Of a DNA stretch of 64,000 bases, positions 11,369 through 23,000 are shown one piece after another (position 1 is the first letter of the stretch; each line of letters begins with the position of its first letter). The notes beneath the pieces are model-generated. The model worked only from the letters and a program-made list of their open reading frames with translations. It ran no database searches and had not been told where the DNA came from. A program made the translations under genes and the position numbers. Source of the stretch: Paraspadella gotoi (Eukaryota; Animalia; Chaetognatha); the NCBI GenBank assembly GCA_051294375.1, contig CM119265.1, forward strand, positions 9,246,772-9,310,771, read 5' to 3'.

Positions 11369-12405
11369 TCGAATGAATTAAGGCGTGGCGACCACAGCTA
11401 ATCTTTTAAGTATTATTTATCACGTTTTCTCTTTGTGATTTTTTTTATTTAGTATTTAGTTATTTATTTCATAACTCACAAAAGGAATTTACGAACATAT
11501 ATTTGGAATACGTTCGGTATAAACATCTGTGAAAGTTTCCCTATTTCAACTAATTACCATCAAAGCCAACTTCGTAATCTAACGTCGCAGTTTTAATTTT
11601 TTACGCGATTTTATAAATTGAGCTCAAGTATTCGTACTATTATAGATAATTCAAAAAAGTGATCAACCATAAGATGCTTGTTACGCTTATTTTTCATAAT
11701 TATTTACTTAAAAATGCGGCGCCCCCCTTGTTTTAAACAAAAAGATGAAGGGGATGAGAGCGACAATCGACCATCAAGCATCGAGCGAAAACCGATTCCA
11801 TTTGCGTGGGATATTATATATATTAATTATAATATCATTTTCAATAAGCATTTGATTCCTTTTTCTCGAGTTTATCTTTGTGTATTTACCAAAAAAACCT
11901 TTAAAACTTCCGATGGAGGTAAAAAATATTTTGATTTTTGAATCATGATTCAAACAAAATTTTAAAAATTCAAAGATGGTTTAAAAAAAAAACTGGAATA
12001 TTACAAAGCGCAAAAAAAGTTTAAAAACAAACCGAAACCATAACCAAAAAAAAAACACAAAAAAAACAAACAAACATTGCAAAATATGCAAATTCATCAC
12101 AATTCACAGATTCAAATAGTTATGAGGTCAGAACATTCGAAATGCAATTAAAGACGGAACCAAGTTATTTTCAATCCAAAGGAAACGAAACATTTTTTTG
12201 AGCAAACAATTTATAATTATACAATTAGAGGCAATGGAATTTGTGGCCACTGGGTAGTGGAGAAAGTCAATCTTTTTCGGAATTGTGAAATTGTTCATTC
12301 GCCCTATCTTCGATTGCCATGGCGACAGAGTATGATATTATTTTTCTGAATTTTGTGTCACTCGCGTCACCGTCTCGTCCGAGCCTTTCTCTCAAACCTC
12401 ACGTC

Positions 12406-15400
12406 TCACGCCAACGTCGCCACATCCTCGTTCTCCTTTTCTCTCTCCTTTTCTTTTATAACGTTTTCCAATAAGATTAGCCTTTTGTTCAACGACGCCA
12501 TCTCGGTACGAATTCCCGCCATTTCCTCATCGTAACCACGAACGGACGAACCTCCAAAATCTTCCGAATCCAGTTTTTCTTTTGCGTCGTCGTCGTCTGC
12601 TCGACCTGACGCGTTCTGATCCGGATCTGAAAAACAAAGAGATTGGCAATGGGGTTGGAACATTAGTTAGCTCATAATACAGTAATACCTATACTCAACA
12701 GTTATGAATTTCCACCCCAGTCTCATCTACTATCTACGAGCCACAAAAACCTCCCTCGAAATTTAAACTACGTATGAATTTCGCTTTTATTGAATATATT
12801 TAAATTAAATATACTTTTATTTACATTTTTCCGAGAGTACCATACCCCAGTTGTTATAAAAATTTAGATATGATATTTTTTTTTTATCTGAGAACGGTTT
12901 AAAATATTACTTCAAATCAGAGTTTAGCAGAGCGGTGGATGCGGAGCTATAGGCTGTTGCGCCTGAATGCATTTCTGTGGCTTCGACGGTTTGCCCAATT
13001 AATACTTTAAAATGATTACGATAAATTTAAGAAGGGAAGGTGAGTTGACTTTTATCAAACAATGAAATGAAATAGCTAACCTTTAATATAAAAAAAACTA
13101 ACCTTTGATAGGTAGCATCTCACTGGAATCTTCTTTATTGTCGCTTTCCGGTTCTTCTACAAAAGAACAATTCTCCGTATTGCAAGCATTAAAAATTAAA
13201 ATCTGAAACAAATCTTTAAACAGACCTCGTTGGCAAGGCAACGGGGTGAAGTCTGAAGTGAGCACGCCGAGGACGAAACAGAAGATGGAAAAGCAGACGA
13301 TAAAAATGAAGAAGACTTCGGCGGCGCCGGTGATGGAAGAGATGTCGCCCGTCCAAAGATGCCCTGGCGGAGAGAAATGAGAACACGAGCGTCGGATATA
13401 AGGAAATCGGTATTCGTTTGTCATTGGATTTTTATGTACGAAGGTAAAGAAGTATTTTTTTTCGTACCAATGCCGGCGATGGTAATTTTTAATTCGTCCT
13501 CCTTGGAAGTTTTCTCGAGCGGCGTCATCATCGTCGTTTCGTTCGTCGTCGCCATCGTCGTCGCCATCGTCGTCGCCGACGACTCGGCGCCGAGAGAGTT
13601 GGTGACGTTGGGAAAAGCGAAGCGGTTCCCGCCGAACCAACCCTGGGTCACTTTGCCGTACCTGGGAAAAATGAAGAGAGAAGGGGGGGGGGTTAGGGCG
13701 GAGGAAAAAGAAAGTTATTGAGTCTGCGAAGTCTGTGAAGGACGTGAGGGAATTTCAGAATTCGTTTTCAACGACTCGAAGGTTTCTGTTTTTTAGGTGT
13801 GTATTTATTATTTAAGAGAAAACTCGATATACATATTAAGCATGTAGAAATTTACAAGCTCTATTAATTATTGTTTCCGTTAATTGATTTATTGTTTTTG
13901 TAAACGCTCAATCATAAAATAAGAAAGCCATTTACGTCATTGTGCCGAGTTCCAGCGAAGTCACTGCGACACTACGTGTTCATTTGTTCAGTTGTTTAAA
14001 TTAATTTTCGAGGTCATAGCACAGAAGTCACAATTACAGTTTTGAATTTTCTTTGACTGACTGACTGTTTCACAGTAGGAGACCGAAAAAAAGGCCTTCC
14101 GTCAAAAAGACAAAAATAAGATTCAAAAACCAAAAAAAAAAAAAATAACTAATAGAAAAACAAAAAAAATTAAAATAAAATAAAAGAAGCAAAACAAAAG
14201 AACTCGCCAAAAGGTGATAACGGCGACGACGGCGATGAGCGTGAGACTGAGGCAAATGTAGATCCACTTTTGATATCTCATCCCGAACAACTTGGTCGCC
14301 ACCATGAAGAGAACCGGCGCCGCGTGGATGAGCAACATGACGACGGGCGAGAGATCGAACTGCGCCGACAGCAGCGCCACCGGGAGAATGTAGAGGAAGA
14401 CGAGGAGGCCGAGGAAGACGAGGGAGTTGTAACCTGAAGGAAGAGGGGAGGGGGGGGAGGAGAAGGGGAAGCCAAGAAGAGAGTTACATAGAGAATTTAA
14501 AAAAGGATGAAAAATTAAAAAAATTTAAGAATGAATGAACGCATACAATTTATAACAAAGTAATAGAAAAACTTTAAAATTTAAATTTAAATATCTATTA
14601 TCTTAAATTAATATATTAAACTTTTTGAAAATTTATGTAAAAATCAAAATGCAAAACTTTAATTTCATAAAAAAAATATTTCAAAAATTATTAAAAGCAA
14701 AATATATTATAATTCGTTTGCATCACTAACCGGGGCTATTATCTCGTTTGACTGTTTTGATATCGAACTTGTTCCTCTGTTTTAATTTTTTTCCGGGAAT
14801 GGCGCGCCGTCTCTCGGTGGCCGGCGAATCGAAGACGTCCCTGTGAGAACCTCTGCCGGTCAACAGATGGAAAAGACCTCTGCGGTTGCGAGCCAAAAGA
14901 TCGATGAATCCTGAGAGAGACAAAAGGGAAAGTCGATGACGCAAACGAGATGTCGAGATTTAGCCAATTATCATAGGCGCCGCGGGAAGGGATATGATCA
15001 TTGATTCATTAAGTTTAAGAGTGAAGGCATCCAAAAATCGACGTCGGTTTAAATAAAGTGTGAAAAACAAGACGGATCGCTGCCGAAACTCGGGTTTGAA
15101 CCAAGGACCTTCAGATCTTCAGTCTAACGCTCTCCCAACTGAGCTATTTCGGCGCGGGTGGTCAAAAATGGGACGATTTAAATCAAATTGTGAATTTCAA
15201 AATTAAACGAGTAAAATATTTTATGCATATTACTAGAACTTGGTTTCGCACCGAGAAATTGTTCTTGCGCCCATGTCAATATATTTTACAGTGATAACAC
15301 AAAAACAAAGAATGCCGCAACCCGGGATTGAACCAGGGACCTTTAGATCTTCAGTCTAACGCTCTCCCAACTGAGCTATTTCGGCTACATACTTTTACGT

Positions 15401-16527
15401 CTCACCAGCAAACGTGCAAGCAGCGCTGATGGTGGAGGTGAGAATCGCGAAGAGTTGAGCCGGAGATATTTGGTTCGTTCTGCCCAGAATGAACATTTGG
15501 AGCAAAGTCTGTGGGACCTGGGTTCAATAAATCGTACCCGTAAGCCTGCACTGTTTAATGTTAAATTTAAAACAAACTTACCTGCTCGATAATCAGCTCG
15601 ACGATCGCGTGAATCCATAGCGTTCTATTCATTATCATCTGTGAAAGAGACAAAGAGATAGTGTAAAGCCTACTATTTCCTCACCACTCCATGATCCATC
15701 TCCTCACTTTTCGACCTCACCTCTGTGTCGTGGTCGATAAAGTCTTTGTTGAGATCCACCATCATGATGATGTAAAAGACGACGGGGCTGCAGAGGAGCA
15801 ACGTCGCCACGAGGACGCCGTATTTGATGACGCGTCTCCCGATCTTGGATTGGACGACGTCATTTTCCGCCCCGCGCAGGAAGGGGATCTGCGAGGGTGG
15901 GAACGGCGGGCGGATACGTTGTGACTTTTAAATGTTGCAGAGGCAGAGGAACCCACCTTATTAATCCCTACCTGTCGAATGCAGAAAAGAGTAACGAAGA
16001 TGTTGAGCACGCCGGCGACGAGAGCGAAGCCTGCATCGAATTAATTAATTTGAAAATTACTTTTTATCAATTACTATCAATATTTATATCGGTCTTCGGT
16101 CTTCACCTCATTAAAAAACAGTTCTTAAAAACTATCACTCCAAAAGAGAAATGAGATGCTCAGTAGGTCTGTCTAATTGCCGATTTAACTACGTAGATAA
16201 ATTTAGTTTGATATTGACAAATTTTGAAACACGAGGTTAAGACGTAGCGACAGAAATTAAAGAAAAATTAACGAAACTATTTAGTAGCGCATTGGTTGCC
16301 AAATCGTTTTTGAAAACCCGTCGGGGCGTATCAACGTCGTAATCGGCCTAACCTATCGTCCAGTAGCCCCACGTCACTTCCCCTATGGAGCCGTAGTGCG
16401 CCCCCAAAGCGAAGTCGGACCACAGATCCACCAAAGCCCCGATGATCCACGTAATGTGGAGGAAAGTTAACCACCATGTTGCCTGACACCAGAGGGTGTT
16501 GATGGCGTCCGCGTATTTGTTCGTCAT
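12406..16527 (-). CDS. XK-related (XKR) multipass membrane protein, phospholipid-scramblase family; 11 exons, ~539 aa
   Basis: Exons 16527-16353, 16030-15972, 15924-15721, 15638-15582, 15517-15406, 14910-14731, 14433-14208, 13661-13468, 13363-13226, 13156-13103, 12626-12406 total 1620 nt in one frame. XK-family motifs LVDLWSDFALGAHYGSIGEVTWGYWT and IVELIIEQVPQTLLQMFI (cf. E.APQL.LQ). Confidence 0.8.
15081..15153 (-). tRNA. tRNA-Phe(GAA), intronic
   Basis: Reverse complement GCCGAAATAGCTCAGTTGGGAGAGCGTTAGACTGAAGATCTGAAGGTCCTTGGTTCAAACCCGAGTTTCGGCA; T-run downstream. Confidence 0.95.
15313..15385 (-). tRNA. tRNA-Phe(GAA), intronic, one acceptor-stem mismatch
   Basis: Reverse complement GCCGAAATAGCTCAGTTGGGAGAGCGTTAGACTGAAGATCTAAAGGTCCCTGGTTCAATCCCGGGTTGCGGCA; T-run downstream. 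Confidence 0.93.
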
Positions 16528-17239
16528 CGCCGGCGATAGAGATCGCGTCGGTTGAAACGACAGTTATTTTGTTTGTTCGTTTTGGCGAGTCAAGTTTACA
16601 TTTTATTCGGAAAAAGAATTCGGTTTCCTTCTTTCATTAGGGTTCGTTATTAATGTTAAATCCCGGAGACACATTTTTCAAGGAGCGGCAACCAAGATCC
16701 GGGGGGGGCTTTTTTAGTTCGAGGGATTAAAATAACTCGCGAGAGATTTACGTATTCTGCATTGGTTTATATCAAACTTATTTTCATGTTTAGAACTATA
16801 AAAAGTTACGCATATCGAAAGATGATGTAGATACCAAATTGATATTCTGATGACTCGCAAGAACTGTGACGTTGAATCTGTTATTCGGTAGTTCTCGATC
16901 ACTTTCAAACTCTTATTATCATCCTAAATAAGGACACAGATTTAAATTTATGCAGGCTGTCGGCCTTTGGAAAAACAGAACGAAAAAATAATTGAAACGT
17001 CTGGTTGTTTACGCGTCGACCGAGCATCGGGGAAAAATTTGAGCACAGGGAAAACAAATATTCGAATTTCTCCGTTTAAGTTGACTTTATAGGATCACTA
17101 ATTTGATTAACCGGTTGAAACGAAGGAAGGTTAAACAAAGTTCAATCGAAACTAGAACTGAACTACCAGGATGATAGAGATATAGAGTTGTTATCGTGCG
17201 AAAATCCAGTTTGGAGTTTTCATCGTCGACGGTTTCTTG

Positions 17240-17889
17240 GAATCAGATTGGTTAACAGGTGGTTAGAAAAATCTTCCCTTCGCACTGATTGGTCGCGCTT
17301 CGAAAACTTCTTCGTAACTAAAATTCAAAAACAGTGCTCCAGAGGTTTTATCATTAATGCTTGCGTTTTATTCAATATCTAGCCATTTATTCACCACTCA
17401 GGAATGTCGGTTAGATAAGTAGAGCAGCTTAACTTTAAGTAAGGAAAGAAGAGAACAAAATCATAAATTTTATTCATTCAAAAAATTCTATACTGTAGCC
17501 GTAATCATTAATGACTGTGTCCGGCTTTCGTAGATTGCTCTACATCTATCATCACCAATNNNNNNNNNNGAATCAGATTGGTTAACAGGTGGTTAGAAAA
17601 ATCTTCCCTTCGCACTGATTGGTCGCGCTTCGAAAACTTCTTCGTAACTAAAATTCAAAAACAGTGCTCCAGAGGTTTTATCATTAATGCTTGCGTTTTA
17701 TTCATTAACTAGCCATTTATTCACCACTCAGGAATGTCGGTTAGATAAGTAGAGCAGCTTAACTTTAAGTAAGGAAAGAAGAGAACAAAATCATAAATTT
17801 TATTCATTCAAAAAATTCTATACTGTAGCCGTAATCATTAATGACTGTGTCCGGCTTTCGTAGATTGCTCTACATCTATCATCACCAAT
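17240..17889. repeat. 320-bp direct duplication flanking a 10-N gap (likely unmerged overlap of two haplotypes)
   Basis: 17240-17559 matches 17570-17889 except ttcaatatct vs ttcattaact; Ns at 17560-17569. Confidence 0.9.
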
Positions 17890-18179
17890 CGTAATATCGT
17901 AACCTCGCAACTTGTTTTATCACCGCAAGAACTCAGATTGAACCAAGTACTATATCAGTTACCCTGTAGAGACTACTTAGAGACTAATTGAAATTCATAT
18001 GTAGCTATATACTCAGCCGACGTATATTGATATTTACTATATGTATTGCTGCGAATTAAAACAAATATATATCCAAAAAATTTTATATTTCAAGGAGACC
18101 GAAATTCAATGACACCGTAAAGCATTATCACAATGTATCGTTTTTCATTAGAAGAAATCGAAAATTTGGTTCCCAGATC

Positions 18180-19531
18180 TTAAGATTCCATCAATTGGTA
18201 CTCGCTAATGAAAGAGTACGAGAACTGGGGAGGAAAACGAGGAAAAAACAAATTCTCAAATTAACTCAAGTTAAATTAAGTTTAGTTGTATAAATATCGA
18301 TTGGTGAATTGCAATTCGCCCTACCTCGGCGTCAATCTCTTCGCCGGTTTTGAACTTGGGCTGAGGATAGTCGAACGTCGATGTCGCGTTGTTTGGCGCG
18401 AATTTCGAATTTAAAACGAACGTCACTCCGTCTAAGAATGACGAAGTCTCCGCCACTTTAAAAAATAATAGGACGATTAAACTATTTAGTTAATGTAAAC
18501 AAAAATATGTTAAAATCTAAACCTGAAGGTTGGCGATTGTATCGAGGTTGTGGCGTTGCCAAGTTTGAAGGCGGTTGAATCGGCGTCGGGGGCGCCGGTC
18601 TTGGCGGCGGCGTCGAAGTGGAGACGCCACTACTACTGGCGCCAGACTTTTTGGTGTGGGAGGGAACCGGCGCCATCTTTGAAAAAGGAGAAGTATATAA
18701 CCAAAAAAACAAAAATATACATAAAAACATAAAAACACCAACCAAACCAACAACAACAACAGTTACCCATAAAAACATGAATCTTTAAACTCGTAATTTT
18801 AATTTTAATTTTAATTAAAGTCGTAAACTAAAACCGACCTTGAAACTAAAATTGAGCCCGTCCATGTCGCCGACGAAGGAGAACCCGACCGGCGGCGCCC
18901 TCTTGTTTCGCGAGGTCAGCGCGATCTCGCAGACGGCTTCGTCCGAGTTTTCTCGCGGCGCCATTTTCACGCCGCAGACCCGTTTCCGTGTCGCCTTCTC
19001 ACGCGAGTCGTGGGTCCACTCGACCTGAGTGAATCCCTCGGGGAGTTCCTCCGCAGAGTTGACGATCACGACGTTCGTCAGGACGTTGTTCAGGCGACCC
19101 TGTATTGAGGAGAACAAAGGGGGTTGGTCAATTGTCTCGTCGATGGAGTTATTTCTAGATCTCGGCGGCATGTCACTTTATGAAATTTTAGTATTGACAA
19201 GATATCTCATTCATTCTGCCTCTCACGTAATCTTGGGGAAATATCCTCGTGACGCAAAAGTAACGCGTGACTCGACGACTGAAGAAACTGTCTTTCCAGA
19301 TATCAGCGTCTTCGCCCGTGTCCACCGTTTTGTCCACCTGAAAACGTATACAGTAATAAAGTGTAGTTCGGGAAAGGTGAGAAGAAAGCTAAATACAGAG
19401 AGAGCGAGAGAAAATACACCTACCACGTTGTATCCCGGCGGACATTTTGACTTGTCGGCGACAATGCAAATCCCAGTGATGGGATATGTGTCGGGCGGTA
19501 AAGCGTGCCAGACGTCACTCATGTTTACCAT
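18180..19531 (-). CDS. MVB12: Multivesicular body subunit 12 (ESCRT-I; MABP and UMA domains)
   Basis: PITGICIVADKSKCPPGYNV/VDKTVDTGEDADIWKDSFFSRRVTRYFCVTR (MABP), Pro-rich linker PPPRPAPP, then LDGVTFVLNSKF...KTGEEIDAE/FSYSFISE (UMA). Six exons with GT-AG borders; start may be 19531 or 19522. Confidence 0.92.
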
Positions 19532-20041
19532 TATCCGTCGTTGCTCGCCTATTTAGTTCTTGACTAGTAGTGTTTTCTTGTTTGTTTACATTTATAGAAG
19601 CCCTTTGGTTTTAAACATGTTCATTCAATGTTTGCCTGTATTCGAATTCATTAAAAAGATGCATTCGTAAGTGCAACATGGAATAGTATATCGATAACTG
19701 ATCGGAATTAAATTCAAGTGTAGATCACAGACTTTAGGAGTGTATATCGAAAAAGAAAGACTAGACAAATTTGAAAAGTAACATGCTTTTTTTTTCGCTC
19801 ACCAACGGTATCGCTGATATAAAGAGTTCCGAGAGGTAGAAAAATCTTGTAATTAAAGTTAAAACTTCGCTATCTAGATTTATGATTAAGGACGACTCGG
19901 AAAGGTAAGCCCTGTAAGCCTTCAAAAGAAGAAACGTATATCAAACAAATTGGATATGGCGAAGAGTGGAATTTCATTTTAAGCATCTAACATTTATGAG
20001 CATGGCGCTGATTACCCTTACATCCAAATATTCACATTAAT

Positions 20042-23000
20042 TCACTTCTTTCCCCGCGACAAAAACTTGGACCCTTCATGAAATCCTTTGAGAATTTTGC
20101 TCTTCACGTCCTCGGAAACCGCCGACGACGACGATGTGGACGACGACAAGGCCGACGTCGATAGAGATGTCGGAAAGGGCGAGGACGTCCCGCGCTGACG
20201 AACGGAAGGGGGCGGCGCCGTCGATTCAAGCGCCGCCATCATCGACATGATCATGTTTTCGTATTGGGGAGCCACCTGAAGGCCGTAAAAAAATTTAAAT
20301 TGGTGCAATGCTAACAACAACAAGAAACACAACCGTTTCCCACCTCCTTGATGTCTTCCTTGAGGCACTTCAGCCCAGGCAGCATAGTCTCCCGCAGCAG
20401 CTGCGTCTGAATGCCGCAGTTGCTGACGGCGGAGTACGCCTCCAGCAGCGCCAGCGCGATTTCCGTTTTGCGGTCGCGAATGCCGTGGGAAGAAGGGGCG
20501 GTCAAGGATAAGCTAGATAATATAGATACAGTAGATATAGATTTAAGTGGGATTGATGGATGTAAGAGGACGGTAAAACAAATACGTATATAGTAATAAA
20601 ATATTAGTAAAATACTAATAATAAGAGACAAGACATCGGAAACCTGTTGTTTTCGGCGGCCAAAGCGGCCAAGCGAGGAAGAAGAAATTCCTCGCGGAAA
20701 AAGGCGTCGGATTTTGGACCCACGTCGGCGAATGTTCTTAAAACTTGAACCTAATGAAAAATATTTTTAAAATATTAAAAAAAGAAAAAAAGGGGAAAAA
20801 AATTGTTAACTCACTTGTAGCGGCAAGTTGTCCCTAAAAATAGGATCACCCAGAAAGGCTTGAAATTGCAGCAAGACTCTTTCCACGACGTCTTTGCGCC
20901 GTGGCGCGTCGAGCCCCTCGGCGTCCAGCACGGCGCCGAATGCGGGGATGGCGGCGATGCGGACACGAACGTCAGAGTCCGACGCGAGGGTGATCAGCGC
21001 CGGGAGGATGTGGGAGGAGAGGACGGCGTCATCGAAGCCTTTCATTTTTAAATAAAGTTGAATATCACAGTATTTACTGTGAGTGAAAACTAAAGGCAAT
21101 AATTTCTCAAACCTTTAATCAGCGCCTTAAGAATCGCCGCCGAGGAAATCCTGACGGAGTGGGAGACGTGAACGATGTTCTCCCTGAGGATGTTGACGAG
21201 GATCTCGCGAGTCGCAGGACTCTTTTGAAGGATCAAACAAGTGGCGACCACAGCGTCGAGGGATTTGGATTTCGTGGAGACTTGGATGACGACGTCTTGT
21301 AGGAAGGCGAAGAGAGAGTCCGACTGGGGTTGAGAAGAGGTTGAAGAATAAACTGATACAAACTGACATTGAAAGATTTCTTAAATATTAAATTAAAGAA
21401 CCGAAATGATATGAAAAAGCTTCTTTCAAGTACCTACCTTGGAGCCGGCGGGATTGAAACAATTATAGACTCCGATGACGTAAACTGGAAGCGAACCGTG
21501 TTCGAGATCTCGCGGAATAAAAAGCGCGGGGGAACTTAAATCCGCGTCGGGGCGCTGAAATTTAAAAAAAAATTTATTGATATATATTTAATTATATTTA
21601 TGTCATCGCAATTCAAACCTGTTGCGGTCCGCCCATAACGACCAAAAAATCGGGAACGATTTTCATTCTGGCGAAAGTCTCTCCGAATCCGAGACAGAGA
21701 TCGTGAAAGAAGGCCGCCAGAGCGGAGAGCACGTCCCCGTGGCACGGATGAAGAGCGTGGCAGACTCCGAAGACATCCTGGAGGTGGAGATTAAACCACT
21801 CCATCGTGGCCCAACCCTGGCATTCATCACCAGCATCGATGAGCGCGTGCAACCGACGAATTTTGTCCCCGACAACGACCATGGAGGATCCTCCGCCGAA
21901 GATGGCGTGGAGGTCGAAGAGAGTAGAGGCGTGGTGTGGGAAAGAGAGACGATGTTCGGTAAGTTTATCGGAGGCGGAATTGACGGAGGAGTTGTGAGAG
22001 GCGGCGTCGTCTTCGGCACTGCCGTCGTCGACCGCTTCGGGAACGCCGGTCACGACGTGAAGGAAGACAAAGGGCGTGAGTGCACGAAGGACCTCGATCA
22101 ACGCCATCGCCTCCACCTCCACCTTGCGGGAATTTTCGCTGGGTTTGGAAGGGCGACGGTGTTCGGAGCCGAGAGAGCCGCCGAGGCCGGATTCGACTCC
22201 GAGAGAAGCCGGCGGAGACGGGAGATCTTTCAGCAAAGTCTTGATCTGGGAGACGAGAGATCCGACGAGATTCTCGAACATCCCGTCGTGATCCATCGTC
22301 CACAGGGCGAAAGTCGGGAGGAGGAGATCCAGCGCCGCCGACTTGACGGTGGAGGGGGAAGAGGTATTCAGGGAAGCGAGGAGGAGATTTAAGCCGGTAG
22401 AATACTTATCTGGAAAACATTGATTTTAAAAAGCTTAATTAATTAAGAGTCGATGAAAAAAAAGATGAAAACAATCCGTCAATCGGTTCAAGATATTATT
22501 TTTTCTGACCTGACGTGTCGACGAAGGTCCAGGCAACGGCGAGGCTTTTGACTGCGGCGACCCTGACAAGTACAGACTTGTCGTTGATTAGATTTTGAAC
22601 AATCGACAGCAGTAGCGACGTCACCGTCTGTTGTGACAAGTAAGGACACAGCAAACCGCAAGCCTCAGCGACGAGGACTCGACGCTCCTCGTATTTATGG
22701 CCTATCTGTTCCCAGCATTGAGGCAGAAATTCCACTTCCACGCAAACTATAAAACGAAAAAATAATTGCGATAAATTTATCTATATCTAAATAATAACAG
22801 ATACGGAAAGTCTCTCGAAATTTACCAGGTCCGACGAGCTTGGCGTAGTCTCGACATGCTTTCAAAATTTGTTGGCGTTGTTCTAGGTCGGGCTTTTTGA
22901 CCAGATTGAAGAGAGTGTTGAGTAGACGATCTCTGGAAGCTCGCGATTTTGCCGTGGAAGAATCCTATGAAATATGCATTATATTATCAATTTAATTATA

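Noticed and set aside
13098-13640. 180-aa standalone ORF
   Set aside because: Composite of an off-frame exon, introns and two real exons of the XKR-like gene.
17240-17889. Tandem duplication as a biological event
   Set aside because: Exactly flanks a 10-N gap with a few substitutions, typical of an unmerged contig overlap.
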